Part shown: positions 61,372-64,000 of the stretch, one piece after another
How positions within the stretch are numbered: the stretch's first letter is position 1
Layout: every line of letters starts with the position of its first letter
IMG/VR virus record: IMGVR_UViG_3300037512_000782
Coordinates: 252,732 to 316,731 of that record
Strand: one strand, 5' to 3'
Length of the DNA: 64,000 nucleotides
Source: a virus
Lineage: Duplodnaviria; Heunggongvirae; Uroviricota; Caudoviricetes
Notes under the pieces: generated by a model
What the model was told of the DNA's origin: nothing
What the model saw: only the letters and a program-made list of their open reading frames with translations
Database searches by the model: none
Program-made: the position numbers and the translations under genes

Positions 61372-62574
61372 TTATACCGTGAGGTACATCGGTGCCGCCT
61401 TGATCGGCTTCGGACGGATGCTGATTTCCGACACGCTCTTGATATCCTTCATGTGGATGTAGTTGATCGTGTCGCCCTTCTTGGTCGGATGCGGAATGCT
61501 TTCGTCCAAGTAGATGTAGTCAAGGCTTTCGTCCACGTTCAAGCGCACGATGCCAGTCTCGTCCATCGTCATCTTGATGGCAGAGAGATAGACGGTGATA
61601 TCGTTGCCGAGGAAGCCCTTGGTGGACGGCTTGACCTTGGAAGTCGATCCCATGTACTTCAAGCTGCGCATGTCGATGCCGACGGTTTCTCTTGTCTGGA
61701 GAGAGTCGATGCTCATGCTGAGCGTACCGGAGTATTCGTATCCGTTGATATTCACGTTGCACTGCAGAGCAGATACGCCGATACGGTCGAGGTTCAAGTC
61801 ACGCAAGGTCTCGTTGATGTCGATACCAGCGTTGAGTTCAGCCGCGATGGCGGAAAGGCCGTCGTAGTTGATCGGGTAGTTCTGCATGATCTGCACGGCG
61901 TACTTGATGGACTTCTGGTCGACACCCTTGGTCTCGTTCGTCAAGTACTCGATCATCTCCACGTCGGACAGCGGCTTGAACTCGAAGTGGTAGTAGAAGC
62001 GGCCAGGACGGTTGATCATGAACTGGGAAATCTTGTGTCGGTAGTTGACGGAAGCGATGAACATGCGCTTCTGGCTGGAGCCGAGGCCGTCGAGCATCGA
62101 GAGGAAGGTGCCTTGGTCTTCGCTCTTGTCGTCGGTGTCGAAGTTCTTTTCGAACTCGTCCATCACCACGAGCACGGGCTGCGTGATGCTGTTGATGAGT
62201 CCGACATAGGCTTCGAGAGCCTTCGTACGGCTGAGGACGATCACCGGAATGTCGCGCTTGAGCGCTTCGTTCATGGCGATACGGATGAACAAGGTCTTGC
62301 CCATGCCGCGTTCACCGGACAAGAGGACGCCAGTGTTGCGCGGACGGCGGTCGTATGCGGCGAAGCACTTGGCCACTTGGGACGGAACCTTGCCGTAGAC
62401 CTTCTTGGGAATGGAGAGATCGATGTTGTCGACGATTTCGAGCTTGGGGCCAGACATGGGCGGCATGACGATCTGATAGACATGGGGTTCGAGAACGCTC
62501 GTAACTTCTCGGAGGCTGCCGATCGGCGTGTAGGTCGATCCGGACTTAACGTAATTCATAGAGATATTTTCCAT
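61372..62574 (-). CDS. AAA+ ATPase
   Basis: Walker A GERGMGKT; Walker B VVMDEFEK; sensor ASVN; NRPGRF arginine finger. Confidence 0.88.
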   Translation of the reverse strand: MENISMNYVKSGSTYTPIGSLREVTSVLEPHVYQIVMPPMSGPKLEIVDNIDLSIPKKVYGKVPSQVAKCFAAYDRRPRNTGVLLSGERGMGKTLFIRIAMNEALKRDIPVIVLSRTKALEAYVGLINSITQPVLVVMDEFEKNFDTDDKSEDQGTFLSMLDGLGSSQKRMFIASVNYRHKISQFMINRPGRFYYHFEFKPLSDVEMIEYLTNETKGVDQKSIKYAVQIMQNYPINYDGLSAIAAELNAGIDINETLRDLNLDRIGVSALQCNVNINGYEYSGTLSMSIDSLQTRETVGIDMRSLKYMGSTSKVKPSTKGFLGNDITVYLSAIKMTMDETGIVRLNVDESLDYIYLDESIPHPTKKGDTINYIHMKDIKSVSEISIRPKPIKAAPMYLTV

Positions 62575-62643
62575 GTCCGCAAATATAGTAAAACCGACCA
62601 GCCTTGGCTAGTCGGTGTGTGGTATAATTATGTAAAATTTACT

Positions 62644-63777
62644 TTACTTTTCCACGTTCATTTCCATGACGGTGAACGCGATGAAGTAGAGCACCGCAAG
62701 AACGATGTACAGAGAGTTGCCAGTAAACGTATTGGCGAGAAGTGGGCCGACTATTCCGCCGATGCTCCATCCAGTCAAGGTGATAGAGTGTACACGCGAC
62801 GCATTGCTCATTCCGAAGCGCTTAGCCAGCAAGCTAGGCAACACGCTGAAGTTTCCGCCGTAGGCGGCCTCGCACAGAAGTATGCCGATTACGGACAACA
62901 TAGGACTTCCGGTAATGCAGAACACAGCGCCCAAGATACCGAAGCTACATACAAAGTGGTACGCGGCCTTTCTTCCTATTTTGTCCGAAATGGACGAGAA
63001 TCCTAGACGTCCGCCAGCGTTGGACAAGGCAGTCCCGGACAGCACCATCGCGATGGCCGAGATACCGAGCGCGGTAAGCAGTCCCTTCTCTTGTGAGATA
63101 ATAGCGAGTCCGCAAGAGATATTGGTCATGAACATGAACCATATCGACCACCATTCCTTGTTCTTCAAGATGTACGAATAACGGAAGCCGTTGTCGTACG
63201 TCGTTTCGGACAAAGGATAAGGGTACTTGCGCAGAAGCAACGAAGACACCAGCATCACGACGGCGTAGATGCCGCCCATGATGAAGAACATGTTGGACAA
63301 GCTAACATTGGCAAGCAGCCATTCAATGACTGGCGACGCGATGAACTTCGCAAGGCCGAAACCAGTGATCGCAAGTCCGGACGCGAGTCCCTTGTGGTCG
63401 CTGAAGAACGCCATCAGAGTCTTTACTGGCGTGACGTAGCCGATTCCGGTTCCAGCGCCGATTACCGCAGTCGAGATATAGAAGGCCGGAACTGAACCGA
63501 CGGCGACCGCAGTTCCCAGCATCATGAAGCCAGTGATGAAGACAACCGTCGAGAGCCATGCGCCCATGCGCGGATTCTTCTCGATGACTTGTCCAAATGC
63601 TGCGGCGCACATGCCGAGGAAGAAGATGATGAGCATGAAGCCGATATCCGTCTGGAACCTCGTCAGTGCGAAGGCTTCCATCAAGTTAGCGGCAAACTGT
63701 GACCAGCAGTAGACCGAACCGATGCACGTGGTCAAGGCGACACCGGGAATAGCGCAATTAAGCCATTTGTTGGGCAT
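62644..63777 (-). CDS. MFS transporter, oxalate/formate antiporter (OFA)-like
   Basis: About 12 TM; GSVYCWS, GIGYVTPV..FFSDHKGLASGLAITGFG, NAGGRLGFSSISDKIGR, YGGNFSVLP. Confidence 0.88.
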   Translation of the reverse strand: MPNKWLNCAIPGVALTTCIGSVYCWSQFAANLMEAFALTRFQTDIGFMLIIFFLGMCAAAFGQVIEKNPRMGAWLSTVVFITGFMMLGTAVAVGSVPAFYISTAVIGAGTGIGYVTPVKTLMAFFSDHKGLASGLAITGFGLAKFIASPVIEWLLANVSLSNMFFIMGGIYAVVMLVSSLLLRKYPYPLSETTYDNGFRYSYILKNKEWWSIWFMFMTNISCGLAIISQEKGLLTALGISAIAMVLSGTALSNAGGRLGFSSISDKIGRKAAYHFVCSFGILGAVFCITGSPMLSVIGILLCEAAYGGNFSVLPSLLAKRFGMSNASRVHSITLTGWSIGGIVGPLLANTFTGNSLYIVLAVLYFIAFTVMEMNVEK

Positions 63778-63809
63778 ATCTGTCCTTTTGGAGTTGCCAG
63801 CAGTTTATC

Positions 63810-64000
63810 CTAGAACTTCAGTCGGACGAACAAGTTGAAGAGCTGGTCGGACTTCCTCTTGAGCTGCGTCTCTTGCTTCTTATTGACCGCTTGGAGTTCC
63901 TTGACTGCAGTAATGAGCTGATCCTTCGTCATGTCTTGAAGGTCTTCGTTCGTAAGGTCAGCAGCTTGCTTGGCGAGACGGCTTCCGAGCCAGTCGCCCA
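63810..64000 (-). CDS. 3' fragment of a coiled-coil protein gene (truncated by window edge)
   Basis: ...MTKDQLITAVKELQAVNKKQETQLKRK...VRLKF*. Confidence 0.6.
   Translation of the reverse strand, partial: GDWLGSRLAKQAADLTNEDLQDMTKDQLITAVKELQAVNKKQETQLKRKSDQLFNLFVRLKF

Noticed and set aside
63028-63054. GGCAGTCCCG as a minus-strand element copy
   Set aside because: It lies mid-gene in the MFS CDS and lacks the RACTG half-site at the required distance.
1-64000. Stop-codon reassignment (TAG or TGA recoding) as in some jumbo phages
   Set aside because: Genes tile the window tightly in code 11, and TAG and TGA both end genes just before new SD sites or elements.
1-64000. Retron, DGR or other reverse-transcriptase system explaining the ncRNA or repeats
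   Set aside because: No RT motif (YxDD context) or template/variable repeat pair was seen in this window.

Overview
A 64-kb segment of a large (probably jumbo) dsDNA phage genome in the standard genetic code, with no capsid, terminase, polymerase or integrase gene in the window. From 1 to about 46.8 kb, about 95 mostly short hypothetical ORFs lie on the + strand. After a convergent junction at 46.8-48.3 kb, almost all genes are on the - strand. Recognisable products include a C5 DNA methyltransferase, a Gp88-like protein, a YubB/DUF1281-like protein, a Fibrobacter major paralogous (FISUMP) domain protein, an FtsK motor, a YopX protein, a nucleotidyltransferase, two Myb-repeat/HTH proteins, a nucleoside hydrolase, DUF4422, a metallophosphoesterase, a histidine phosphatase, a lytic transglycosylase, two GNATs, a Cys-less thioredoxin, an AAA+ ATPase and an OFA-type MFS transporter. 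The main unexplained structure is a 27-bp element, RA(C/A)TG-N12-CGGG(A/G)CTGC(C/T), found by hand 45 times between 11 and 44284. All copies are on the + strand. Most abut the stop codon of one gene and sit about 40-60 nt before the Shine-Dalgarno/ATG of the next. Many fold into a hairpin, but one built from different arms in different copies, and many carry a YAC motif at a fixed distance downstream. The region therefore reads as an array of one- or few-gene cassettes, each with a fused terminator/promoter (or processing/recombination) unit. Other notable items are a tRNA-like RNA with a 55-nt structured insert replacing the anticodon loop (12051-12171), and a gene-poor segment at 18.07-18.85 kb that is bracketed by 11-bp DnaA-box-like tandem repeats and coincides with a GC-skew flip (candidate origin). 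All counts are manual; no database searches were run.
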